Assembly: GCA_038065035.1 (NCBI GenBank)
Contig: JBBTRV010000007.1
Coordinates: forward strand, 2,382-66,381
DNA length: 64,000 bases
Source of the DNA: Patescibacteria group bacterium
GTDB lineage: Bacteria > Patescibacteriota > Minisyncoccia > UBA6257 > UBA9933
Reading direction: 5' to 3'
Part shown: positions 43,772 through 52,809 of the stretch, one piece after another
Position numbering within the stretch: position 1 is the stretch's first letter
How the letters are laid out: the number at the start of each line of letters is the position of its first letter
Notes under the pieces: model-generated
The model's input: only the letters and a program-made list of their open reading frames with translations
What the model was told of the DNA's origin: nothing
Database searches by the model: none
Program-made: the position numbers and the translations under genes

Positions 43772-45402
43772 TTAAAAACAGGAAATATATTTTTGTTGTT
43801 GGCGGCGTAATGTCCGGCGTTGGCAAAGGCGTTGCCGCGGCTTCAATCGGCAAGATTTTGCAAGCGCGCGGTTTTGAAGTGACTGCCATAAAAATCGACC
43901 CTTATGTCAATGTTGACGCCGGCACGATGAATCCGACTGAACACGGCGAAGTTTTTGTGCTTAATGACGGAATGGAATGCGACCAGGATATGGGAAATTA
44001 CGAGAGGTTTTTGGGTAGGGATTTGACAAAAGACAGTTATATGACAACCGGCAGTATTTATCTTTCAGTAATCAATAAAGAGAGAAATTTAGAATATGGC
44101 GGTTCTTGCGTGGAAGTAGTGCCGCACATCCCATTGGAGGTGATAAACAGGATTGATAAGGCGGTTTTAAAGAATAAAGCGGAAATTGTTATTACTGAAA
44201 TTGGCGGAACAGTAGGCGAGTATCAGAATATTTTGTTTTTGGAAACAATAAGGATATTGAAGCTTAAAAAACCAAAAGATGTTTTGCTGGTTTTGGTAAG
44301 TCATTTGCCGTCATTGTCTGATAATAGCGAATTAAAGACAAAGCCAACTCAATATGCTGTAAGAACATTGAACTCAGCCGGACTTCAGCCGGATATTGTT
44401 CTTGCGAGGGCAAAATTTCCATTAGATAAAAAAAGGAAAAATAAGATAGCGGTAAATTGCAATATTTATGAAAACGATGTTATTTCCGCTCCGGATGTGA
44501 AAAATATTTATGAAGTGCCGCTTAATTTTGAGAGAGATAATCTTTCCGGCAATATTCTAAAGAAACTGAATCTTCGGCCAAGAAGCAGGGACTTGAAAGA
44601 TTGGAGAAGATTAATTAAAAACGCCGCTTCCGCCAGAAAAACAGTAAAAATCGGAATTGTCGGAAAATATTTCGGTTCGGGAAATTTTGTTCTGGAAGAT
44701 TCTTATATTTCAGTTATTGAAGCCGTTAAACACGCCGCTTGTTTTTTTAAAGCTCAACCACTCATCCAATGGATAGATGCTGAAGATTTTGAAAAAAATA
44801 AAAACAATCTTAAGAAATTAAAAGGGTTTAACGGCATCATTGTGCCGGGCGGATTTGGCAGCCGGGGGGTTGAGGGCAAGATAGCGGCGATTAAATATTG
44901 CCGGGAGAATAAAATTCCGTTTTTCGGTCTTTGCTACGGCATGCAATTGGCAGTGGTGGAATTTGCCCGTTCAGTTGTTGGTTTAAAAAAAGCTAATACT
45001 ACAGAGATTGACCATAAAACTCCTTATCCAGTAATAGATATTTTGCCGGAACAAAAAGAAAATCTGGAAAAGAAATATTATGGAGCTACAATGAGGTTGG
45101 GCGCCTGTGAAGCGCATTTAAAAAGTGGAACAATAGCCGGCAATGCATACAAAAATTCTTTTATTTCCGAGCGTCATCGCCATCGCTATGAAGTAAATCC
45201 GGATTATATTGAAGAGATTGAAAAGAAGGGATTGATTTTTTCTGGTTTTTCTTCTGATCGCCGGCTGATGGAAATTGCGGAGCTTCCGAAAAATAAGCAT
45301 CCATTTTTTGTCGGCGTCCAATTTCATCCGGAGTTTAAATCATGGCCGCTCAAACCCCATCCGTTATTTAAAGAATTTATGAAAGCGGCAATCAAAAAAT
45401 GA
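43768..45402 (+). CDS. pyrG: CTP synthase
   Basis: KYIFVVGGVMSGVGKGV N-terminus; glutamine amidotransferase GLCYGMQ and HPEF motifs. Confidence 0.95.
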   Translation: MIKNRKYIFVVGGVMSGVGKGVAAASIGKILQARGFEVTAIKIDPYVNVDAGTMNPTEHGEVFVLNDGMECDQDMGNYERFLGRDLTKDSYMTTGSIYLSVINKERNLEYGGSCVEVVPHIPLEVINRIDKAVLKNKAEIVITEIGGTVGEYQNILFLETIRILKLKKPKDVLLVLVSHLPSLSDNSELKTKPTQYAVRTLNSAGLQPDIVLARAKFPLDKKRKNKIAVNCNIYENDVISAPDVKNIYEVPLNFERDNLSGNILKKLNLRPRSRDLKDWRRLIKNAASARKTVKIGIVGKYFGSGNFVLEDSYISVIEAVKHAACFFKAQPLIQWIDAEDFEKNKNNLKKLKGFNGIIVPGGFGSRGVEGKIAAIKYCRENKIPFFGLCYGMQLAVVEFARSVVGLKKANTTEIDHKTPYPVIDILPEQKENLEKKYYGATMRLGACEAHLKSGTIAGNAYKNSFISERHRHRYEVNPDYIEEIEKKGLIFSGFSSDRRLMEIAELPKNKHPFFVGVQFHPEFKSWPLKPHPLFKEFMKAAIKK

Positions 45403-46211
45403 TAATCTTTTTATACGGTTCTGATTTTTACCGCAGACGGCAGAAATTAAATGAAATAATTGAGGAATATCGCCAAAGAGGCGCTGATAACCGGCGTTTT
45501 GATTTTGGCAATTCGGAAAGCGAAGAAGAGTTTATGCGGTTTAAAGAATTTATTTCCAATAGTTCGATTTTCAATAATAAAAAAACAGCTATTACAGAAA
45601 ATATTTTTTCTTTTGAAAATTCTAAATTATTGGCTAAAATTTTTAAGGATAATCCGGAAAGCAATGATTTGGTTTTGATTGTTTCTGAAGAAAAAAAACC
45701 GGCGAAAGATTTCAGTTTTTTGCTTAAAAAACCGGTTTTATTTCAGGAGTTTAAAATTTTAGAAAACGCTCAATTTGAATTTTTTATTAAAAAAGAAGCG
45801 GAAAAGAGAAAATTAAATTTGTCGGCGCGAATAATTGGCTTTCTGGCGGAAGTTTTCAAAGGCGATTCTTGGGCGATAATTAATGAATTGGAAAAATTAA
45901 GCTTGTTGAATCCAAAATATTACGCTGATGCTGATAAATTAAGAGAGATTATTGATTATGGACAGCCGCTTGCCCAACAGAAATTCTTTTTTGCTGTTAA
46001 TGGCATATTAAGAAATTCTTCTATAAGTCAAAAATTAATCAATCTTGAAACTTTGTTGTCTTATCAGGAAGAGCCGGCGAAAATTTTTAATTTTTTGGCA
46101 AGTTTTGCTAATACTCTGCCAGCAATTAAGAAGATGGCTGATTACGATGTAGCAATTAAATCAGGAAAAATGGATTACGAGGAAGCATTAGTGGACTTGG
46201 TTTTGGGTTGA
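45399..46211 (+). CDS. DNA polymerase III delta-subunit-like protein (short)
   Basis: N-terminal MIIFLYGSDFYRRRQKLNEII resembles HolA; weak overall similarity. Confidence 0.45.
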   Translation: MIIFLYGSDFYRRRQKLNEIIEEYRQRGADNRRFDFGNSESEEEFMRFKEFISNSSIFNNKKTAITENIFSFENSKLLAKIFKDNPESNDLVLIVSEEKKPAKDFSFLLKKPVLFQEFKILENAQFEFFIKKEAEKRKLNLSARIIGFLAEVFKGDSWAIINELEKLSLLNPKYYADADKLREIIDYGQPLAQQKFFFAVNGILRNSSISQKLINLETLLSYQEEPAKIFNFLASFANTLPAIKKMADYDVAIKSGKMDYEEALVDLVLG

Positions 46212-46265
46212 ACTTATCCACAGACAAAACTATTGTAGGGGGGGCTTTAGTGGTAAAATAAGCTT

Positions 46266-47309
46266 ATGGTTAATCAACAGCTTATAGATTATATTAAAAA
46301 CCAATTAAAACTTGGCAGGAGCGAAGATGTTATTAAAGCGATGCTGAAAAATAATGGCTGGCAGGAAGCGGATATTGAGGAAGCGTTTAAGGAAGTTTTG
46401 GGCCAGAATATTCAACAACCGCAATCATCTTTGTCTGACTCTCGGCCGGTTTATTCTTCAAGTGAATCCTCATTTTCAGGCAATGCTTCGGAAGTTGCTT
46501 TGCCGGGAGGTTTGGATTTATTAAAACAAAGCTGGCGGATTTATAAAAGCCGGTTTTGGACGTTGATTGGAATAATAATAATTCCGAATGTGATTTGGTT
46601 TTTAGGCGCCGGCTTAATTTTATTATTAGGAATTAAATCTGAAGCGGAAATTGAAGGTTTATTAATAATAGTTTTAGCTATTATCGGCATTATAGGATTT
46701 ATTTTATTTATCTTGGCGGGTGCGGCATTATTTTATGCGGTGGCGAATGAAACATTTACTATTAAGAAGGCATTTCGCGAGGTGGGAGAAAAAGGAATTA
46801 AGTCTTTTATTTGGGTTGGTGTGTTAACAATTTTTGTTTTATTAGGTGGATTTGTTTTAGGAATTGTGCCAGGAATAATTTTTTTGATTTGGTTTGCTGT
46901 AGCTCAATTTGTGTTTATTGTTGAAGGCCAAAAAGGATTTAATGCGCTTTTGCGGAGCAAAGAATATGTTTCCGGCAGATGGGGAAAAGTTTTTTGGCGA
47001 ATGGTTGTTTTTGGGATAGTTGCTTTAAGTGTTGGTTTAGTTAGTGGGGGACTTTCATTAGTAATAGATTCCGAAAGAATTTTTAATATTTTCTTGTCTT
47101 TTATTAATGTTTTAGTTGCACCATTTATGGCGGCTTATTTCTTCTCTCTTTATGTCGCACTTCGGCAGACCCAGTCAGAACTTGTTAATCAGCCGGTTAA
47201 AGGTAAAAAAGGATTTTTTGTTTTTTGCGCGATTTTAGGATTATTGGCGCCGTTTATTATGCTTGCAATATTTTTTGGTTTTCGTCGTTTTTTGATTTTC
47301 ATTTTTTGA
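46266..47309 (+). CDS. hypothetical polytopic membrane protein with soluble N-terminal domain
   Basis: ORF with about 6 TM helices. Confidence 0.4.
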   Translation: MVNQQLIDYIKNQLKLGRSEDVIKAMLKNNGWQEADIEEAFKEVLGQNIQQPQSSLSDSRPVYSSSESSFSGNASEVALPGGLDLLKQSWRIYKSRFWTLIGIIIIPNVIWFLGAGLILLLGIKSEAEIEGLLIIVLAIIGIIGFILFILAGAALFYAVANETFTIKKAFREVGEKGIKSFIWVGVLTIFVLLGGFVLGIVPGIIFLIWFAVAQFVFIVEGQKGFNALLRSKEYVSGRWGKVFWRMVVFGIVALSVGLVSGGLSLVIDSERIFNIFLSFINVLVAPFMAAYFFSLYVALRQTQSELVNQPVKGKKGFFVFCAILGLLAPFIMLAIFFGFRRFLIFIF

Positions 47310-47412
47310 GTCGATATTAATTAATTTGATTAATTAATACAAAAATATTGGAATAATTCTCTAAATTATGCTATACTTAAAAAGTCCAAAAAGGGCTTTT
47401 TTAATTGTAAAA

Positions 47413-49368
47413 ATGGCAAAAAAAACCAGTAAAAAAGAGGAAAAAATCGAGACAAAACCGCAAAATAACGGTTCTTACGAGGCCAAAGATATTTATGTTT
47501 TAGAGGGCCTAGAGCCAGTGAGAAAACGGCCAGGAATGTATATTGGCACAACCGGTATTGAAGGCTTGCATCATTTGATTTGGGAAGTTGTAGATAATAG
47601 TTTGGATGAAGCCATGGGCGGTTTTGCTAAAAACATTAAAGTTGAGCTGTTAAAGAATAATCGGGTGGCGGTAACTGACGATGGCCGAGGCATACCGGTT
47701 GATATCCATCCTCACACGAAAAAATCAGCTTTAGAAACTGTGCTTTGCACGCTTCATGCTGGCGGAAAATTCGGCGGAGATTCTTATAAGGTTTCCGGCG
47801 GGCTTCACGGCGTCGGCGTTTCAGTTGTTAACGCCCTTTCAAAATGGTTAAAGGCAGAAGTTTGTCGGGATGGCAATTTATATGTTCAAGAATATGAGAG
47901 GGGTAAGCCGAAATTCAATGTAAAAAAATCGGGCAAGTGCGGAGCTACCGGCACGAAAATTATTTTTGACGCTGACTTGGAAATTTTTTCAAAAGTTGAT
48001 TATGACAGAAAAAAAATAGTTGACCATCTTCGTCAGCAAGCGTTTCTTACTAAGGGCGTGAAAATCGAAATTATTGACGAGCGTGAAGAGACGCCGTTTT
48101 ATTATTCTTTTTATTTCGAGGGCGGACTATTGTCTTTTATTGATTATTTGAATCGTTTTCGCCAATCGATTCAAAAAGAAGTTTTTTATGTTAATAAAGA
48201 GTATGAGAAGATAGAAGTTGAAGCCGCTTTTGTCTACAATCAGGAAATTGAAACAACTGAATTAAGCTTTGCCAATAATATTTACACGACTGATGGCGGA
48301 ATGCATTTAACCGGTTTTCGTTCAGCTTTGACTCGCACGCTTAATGATTATGCAAGAGCCAGTAATTATTTAAAATCGGCTGATGAAAATTTAACCGGCG
48401 ATGATATTCGCGAAGGGTTAGTGACTATTGTTTCCGTGAAATTAAGCGAGCCGCAATTTGAGGGTCAGACAAAAGCGCGATTGGGAACGCCGGGAGCCAG
48501 AACCGCCGTTGAAACAGTTGTTAATGAATCTTTAAAAGAATTTCTTGAAAAGAACGGCAATGACGCGAGAGCGATAATTGAAAAATGCCTTTTGGCGCAA
48601 AAAGCGAGGAAAGCCGCCAAAGCTGCCAAGGAAACAGTTTTAAGAAAAGGAGTGATGGAAGGTATGACTTTGCCGGGAAAGCTCGCTGATTGTTCAACTC
48701 GCAATCCCGAAGAAGCGGAGCTATTTATAGTGGAAGGCGATTCAGCTGGGGGCAGTTGTAAACAAGGACGCGACCGGAAACGGCAGGCAGTTTTGCCGTT
48801 AAAAGGAAAAATTTTAAATGTTGAAAAAGCGAGAATTGATAAAATGCTTGCTAATAACGAGATTAAGTCGCTAGTAATAGCTTTAGGCACAGCCATTAGA
48901 GACAGTTTCGATATAGGAAAGTTGCGTTATCATAAAATTATAATTATGACTGATGCGGATGTCGACGGTTCGCATATTAGAACATTGCTTCTGACGCTTT
49001 TTTACCGCCATTTTCCCCTGCTTATTGAAAACGGCCATTTATATATTGCTCAGCCGCCGCTTTACAGAATTCAAAAAGGCAAAGAAATGCAATATGCTTA
49101 CGGTGATACGGATAAAGAAAAAATTATCAAATCATTCGACGGAGCTCAAGGAATCAATATCCAGAGATATAAAGGCTTGGGAGAAATGAATCCTGAACAG
49201 CTTTGGGAAACAACTTTAAATTACGAGAATAGGGTTTTAAGGCAGGTATTAGTTGAAGACGCTCAAAAAGCAAGCGAATTATTGGATGTTTTAATGGGCG
49301 AAGCAGTTGAACCGAGAAAAGCGTTTATTCAGAGCCAGGCGACTTTGGTTAGAAATCTTGACATATAG
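47413..49368 (+). CDS. gyrB: DNA gyrase subunit B
   Basis: GLHHLIWEVVDNSLDEAMGG (GHKL), TOPRIM EGDSAGGS, PLKGKILNVEKA. Confidence 0.95.
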   Translation: MAKKTSKKEEKIETKPQNNGSYEAKDIYVLEGLEPVRKRPGMYIGTTGIEGLHHLIWEVVDNSLDEAMGGFAKNIKVELLKNNRVAVTDDGRGIPVDIHPHTKKSALETVLCTLHAGGKFGGDSYKVSGGLHGVGVSVVNALSKWLKAEVCRDGNLYVQEYERGKPKFNVKKSGKCGATGTKIIFDADLEIFSKVDYDRKKIVDHLRQQAFLTKGVKIEIIDEREETPFYYSFYFEGGLLSFIDYLNRFRQSIQKEVFYVNKEYEKIEVEAAFVYNQEIETTELSFANNIYTTDGGMHLTGFRSALTRTLNDYARASNYLKSADENLTGDDIREGLVTIVSVKLSEPQFEGQTKARLGTPGARTAVETVVNESLKEFLEKNGNDARAIIEKCLLAQKARKAAKAAKETVLRKGVMEGMTLPGKLADCSTRNPEEAELFIVEGDSAGGSCKQGRDRKRQAVLPLKGKILNVEKARIDKMLANNEIKSLVIALGTAIRDSFDIGKLRYHKIIIMTDADVDGSHIRTLLLTLFYRHFPLLIENGHLYIAQPPLYRIQKGKEMQYAYGDTDKEKIIKSFDGAQGINIQRYKGLGEMNPEQLWETTLNYENRVLRQVLVEDAQKASELLDVLMGEAVEPRKAFIQSQATLVRNLDI

Positions 49369-49426
49369 CGCGTTCAATGCTTATATTCTATTTATTCTAT
49401 ATTGAATGCTGTAAATAATAATTATT

Positions 49427-49612
49427 ATGACAAATCGATTTATTTCTTATATTCAAGAATCGCGGCAAGAACTTAAGAAAGTCAACTGGCCGTCAAGGCA
49501 AGAAACAATTCGCTTAACAGTTGTTGTTATTGGGCTGTCAATCGGATTAGCGATTTTTTTAGGCGCCATTGATTTTATATTAAGGTACGCGCTTGAAATA
49601 TTTTTAACATGA
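49427..49612 (+). CDS. secE: preprotein translocase subunit SecE
   Basis: 61-aa single-TM protein ESRQELKKVNWPSRQETIRLTVVVIG; immediately precedes nusG. Confidence 0.85.
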   Translation: MTNRFISYIQESRQELKKVNWPSRQETIRLTVVVIGLSIGLAIFLGAIDFILRYALEIFLT

Positions 49613-50187
49613 TTCAATCAGCGGAAAAAGCTCAAAAAATTACGGATAAAGAAAAAAAAGAAGAGCGGCAATGGTACGCGGTGCATACTTATGCCGGTTA
49701 TGAAGACGCGGTGGCCAGGTATTTGAAGCAAAGGGTTGATTCTCTGGAAATGCATGATAAGATTTTTAACGTTATCGTGCCGAAAGAAAAAAAGATTAAA
49801 ATTAAAAACGGTAAAAGAAAAACCATTGAAGAAAAAATTTATCCCGGCTATGTTTTGGTTGATATGTTAATGAGCGAAGATTCATGGTATGTGGTAAGAA
49901 ATACGCCGAGAGTAACCGGATTTGTCGGAGCTGATTCAACCGAACCAACGCCGATTTCAAAAGAAGAAGTGTCTTCGATTATGGCGCGGATGACCGGCGA
50001 AGAGCCGAAATTCAAGGTAGAACATCGCGTTGGCGAATTGGTTAAAATCACCGATGGTCCGTTTAAAGATTATGAAGGCAAAATCGACGCCATTGACGAA
50101 GAGCATGGAAAAGTAAAAGTAATGGTGCCGATTTTCGGCAGGGAAACGGCAGTTGAATTGGATTCATTGCAAATACAGAAAATTTAA
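49609..50187 (+). CDS. nusG: transcription termination/antitermination factor NusG
   Basis: NGN domain [11 protein letters not shown] and C-terminal KOW ([18 protein letters not shown]). Confidence 0.9.
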   Translation: MIQSAEKAQKITDKEKKEERQWYAVHTYAGYEDAVARYLKQRVDSLEMHDKIFNVIVPKEKKIKIKNGKRKTIEEKIYPGYVLVDMLMSEDSWYVVRNTPRVTGFVGADSTEPTPISKEEVSSIMARMTGEEPKFKVEHRVGELVKITDGPFKDYEGKIDAIDEEHGKVKVMVPIFGRETAVELDSLQIQKI

Positions 50188-50189
50188 TT

Positions 50190-50615
50190 ATGGCTAAATC
50201 TATTAAAACAATTTTAAAACTTCAAATACAGGCAGGAGCGGCTAATCCTGCGCCGCCGATTGGTCCGGCCTTAGGTCAGCACGGCGTTAATATTGCCCAA
50301 TTTTGCCAGCAATTTAATGAAGCGTCAAAAGATATGGTTGGCAGCATTGTGCCTGCAGAAATCACTATTTATGAAGACCGGACTTTTGAATTCAAGCTGA
50401 AAACTTCGCCGGCTTCTGATTTGCTGCGTAAGGCTGCTGGTGTTGAAAAAGGCTCTGGCAATCCTTTGAAAAATAAAATCGGTAAAGTTAATAAAGACCA
50501 AATTCGCGAAATTGCCGAAAAGAAAATGGCGGATTTAAACGCTAATGACGTTGAAGCGGCAATGAAAATTGTGGAAGGCACGGCAAGAAGCATGGGTATA
50601 GAAATAGAAAAATAA
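50190..50615 (+). CDS. rplK: 50S ribosomal protein L11
   Basis: [27 protein letters not shown]11 signature. Confidence 0.95.
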   Translation: MAKSIKTILKLQIQAGAANPAPPIGPALGQHGVNIAQFCQQFNEASKDMVGSIVPAEITIYEDRTFEFKLKTSPASDLLRKAAGVEKGSGNPLKNKIGKVNKDQIREIAEKKMADLNANDVEAAMKIVEGTARSMGIEIEK

Positions 50616-50659
50616 ATATCAGAAATTTTCCATATCGAGTACAATGAATATGATTTTTT

Positions 50660-50686
50660 GTGGGTAGTAATTACTACCCACTTTTT
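50660..50686 (+). terminator. rho-independent terminator: perfect 22-bp palindrome GTGGGTAGTAATTACTACCCAC plus T5
   Basis: seen in sequence, directly after rplK. Confidence 0.7.
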
Positions 50687-50699
50687 CTATAATTATAAA

Positions 50700-52160
50700 A
50701 TGTATAAACCGACAATTGGCTTGGAGATTCACGTTGAATTAAAAACACAAACGAAGATGTTTTGCGGCTGTTTAAACGATTCCGAAGAAAAGCGGCCGAA
50801 TTTTAATATATGTCCGATTTGTATGGGACACCCCGGAACTTTGCCGGTGATTAATAAAAAAGCCGTTGAGTCAGTTTTAAAATTAGGATTAGCGTTAAAT
50901 TCACAAATTCCGCCTACTTCAAAATTCGACCGCAAAAACTATTTTTATCCGGATTTGCCGAAAGGTTACCAGATTTCGCAATATGATAAACCGTTGGTTA
51001 TCGGCGGCCAGCTTAATAACGTAAAATTAAGACGTATTCATTTAGAAGAAGACACTGCCCGACTGGTGCATGGAGATCCTTCGACAAGCTTAGGGTTACC
51101 AATTTCGTTGGTTGATTTCAATCGCGCTGGCGTGCCGTTGATGGAGTTAGTAACTGAGCCGGAAATAAAAAATGGCGAGGAGGCCGTGAAATTTGCCAGA
51201 GAATTACAGCTGATTTTAAGATATTTAGGTATTTCCGACGCCGATATGGAAAAGGGCCAAATGCGAATTGAAGCCAATGTAAGCGTAAGCAAAAACAGCG
51301 AGTTAGGTACTAAAGTTGAAATAAAAAATCTTAATTCTTTCCGAGCTGTCGGCGAAGCGATTGATTATGAAATAAAAAGGCAGGAAGATGTTTTAAAAAA
51401 TAGCGAAACCGTTAAGCATGAAACTCGCGGCTGGGACGAAAATAAAAAGAAAACTATCCATCAAAGAGTTAAGGAAGAAACGCACGATTATCGTTATTTT
51501 CCGGAGCCGGATTTGCCGCCGCTGGATTTGACTGACACTGATTTTATTAATATAGCAGAATTGAAAAATTCAATCCCCGAGCTTCCTATGCAAAAAAGGG
51601 AAAGATTTGAAAAAGAATTCTGGCTTAAGGTTGAGCAAATGGAGGTTTTGATTGAAGACAGAAATTTGGCGGAGTATTTTGAAAATTCCGTTTCTGAACT
51701 TCTTGAAGAAATTAAAGAAGCGGACGCGGAAGAAAAGAAAAAGGCTATTACTTTATTATTTAATTATCTTACAAGCGATATTAATGGATTTTTAAGCCAA
51801 AAAAGAATAACCATTAAAAGTTTAAATATTACTCCGGAGAATTTTTCCGATTTGATTTTACTGATTTTTAGAAATGAGATTTCCAGCCGTGTGGCGAAAG
51901 ATTTAATAGCAGAAATGCACGAAACGGGTTCTGATCCGCGCCAAATTATCACTGAAAAAGGATTATCTCAAGTTTCTGATGTTTCTGAAATTGAAGATAT
52001 TGTTAAAAAAATAATTTCTGAGAATCCAAAGCCGGCCGAGGATTATAAAAATGGACAGGAAAACGCTTTGCAGTTTTTAATCGGCCAGACAATGAAAGCC
52101 AGCCGCGGCAAAGCTAATCCTAAGGTAGTCAAAGAAATTTTAGAAAAACTTTTAAAATGA
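50700..52160 (+). CDS. gatB: Asp-tRNA(Asn)/Glu-tRNA(Gln) amidotransferase subunit B
   Basis: YKPTIGLEIHVELKTQTKMFCGC N-terminus, GatB core, C-terminal YqeY-like domain. Confidence 0.9.
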   Translation: MYKPTIGLEIHVELKTQTKMFCGCLNDSEEKRPNFNICPICMGHPGTLPVINKKAVESVLKLGLALNSQIPPTSKFDRKNYFYPDLPKGYQISQYDKPLVIGGQLNNVKLRRIHLEEDTARLVHGDPSTSLGLPISLVDFNRAGVPLMELVTEPEIKNGEEAVKFARELQLILRYLGISDADMEKGQMRIEANVSVSKNSELGTKVEIKNLNSFRAVGEAIDYEIKRQEDVLKNSETVKHETRGWDENKKKTIHQRVKEETHDYRYFPEPDLPPLDLTDTDFINIAELKNSIPELPMQKRERFEKEFWLKVEQMEVLIEDRNLAEYFENSVSELLEEIKEADAEEKKKAITLLFNYLTSDINGFLSQKRITIKSLNITPENFSDLILLIFRNEISSRVAKDLIAEMHETGSDPRQIITEKGLSQVSDVSEIEDIVKKIISENPKPAEDYKNGQENALQFLIGQTMKASRGKANPKVVKEILEKLLK

Positions 52161-52164
52161 TTCT

Positions 52165-52800
52165 TTATTTATGATTGTGAAATTTAATTTCAATCCCATT
52201 TTTTGTAATAATTGATTTGCGAACGAATAAAAGAATAATCGCGCTTAAAATCGCGAATAAAGACGTTGCTATAAATACTGATTTAAATCCGAATAAGCTG
52301 GCGATTGAGCCGCCGATAATGCCGGCAAGGCCGATGCCTATTCCAACAGAGCTGCTGTTAAGCGCCCAATCAAAAGCAGCGTGCTTTTTATCGAGATGTC
52401 TCGAAAACATAGCCATCCAGGAAGGAAGATATAGGGCGAATCCAAGGCCTTTAAAAAATTGGATTAAATAAACTTGCCATAATTCTTTGGCAAAAACAAA
52501 GCTAAAGGCGCTTACTCCGGCAATCAGCATTCCGGCAATAATCATATAAAAATCGTCTTTTTCTCCCTTATTTTTGTCTAAAATAATAGAGATGGGAATT
52601 TGCGCGATTGACTTTACTCCCCAATAAATTGTCGCTAATAAGCCGACGGAAATAAGAGTGGCGCCGGCGATATTTTCTATGACAAAAATTGAAAAAATCG
52701 GGTCAATAACGCCCCATCCGCTCCATAAAAGCAGGTCGCTGATAATAAGATATCTGATAATTTTATTAAGCCAGCCGTCTAAATTTATTTTTTGGAACAT
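52165..52800 (-). CDS. MFS-like transporter half (6 TM helices)
   Basis: six predicted TM helices with MFS-like loop motifs; only 211 aa. Confidence 0.45.
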   Translation of the reverse strand: MFQKINLDGWLNKIIRYLIISDLLLWSGWGVIDPIFSIFVIENIAGATLISVGLLATIYWGVKSIAQIPISIILDKNKGEKDDFYMIIAGMLIAGVSAFSFVFAKELWQVYLIQFFKGLGFALYLPSWMAMFSRHLDKKHAAFDWALNSSSVGIGIGLAGIIGGSIASLFGFKSVFIATSLFAILSAIILLFVRKSIITKNGIEIKFHNHK

Positions 52801-52809
52801 AAAATCAAA

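Noticed and set aside
47318-47340. ATTAATTAAT-TTG-ATTAATTAAT direct/palindromic repeat upstream of gyrB
   Set aside because: It is AT-only low-complexity sequence in a promoter region. It is likely UP-element-like or chance, and there is no second copy or partner site in the window.
52161-52164. Missing terminator between convergent gatB and the MFS-like gene
   Set aside because: Only 4 nt separate the two stop codons and no hairpin is visible. Convergent overlap without a terminator is common in compact genomes and not informative by itself.
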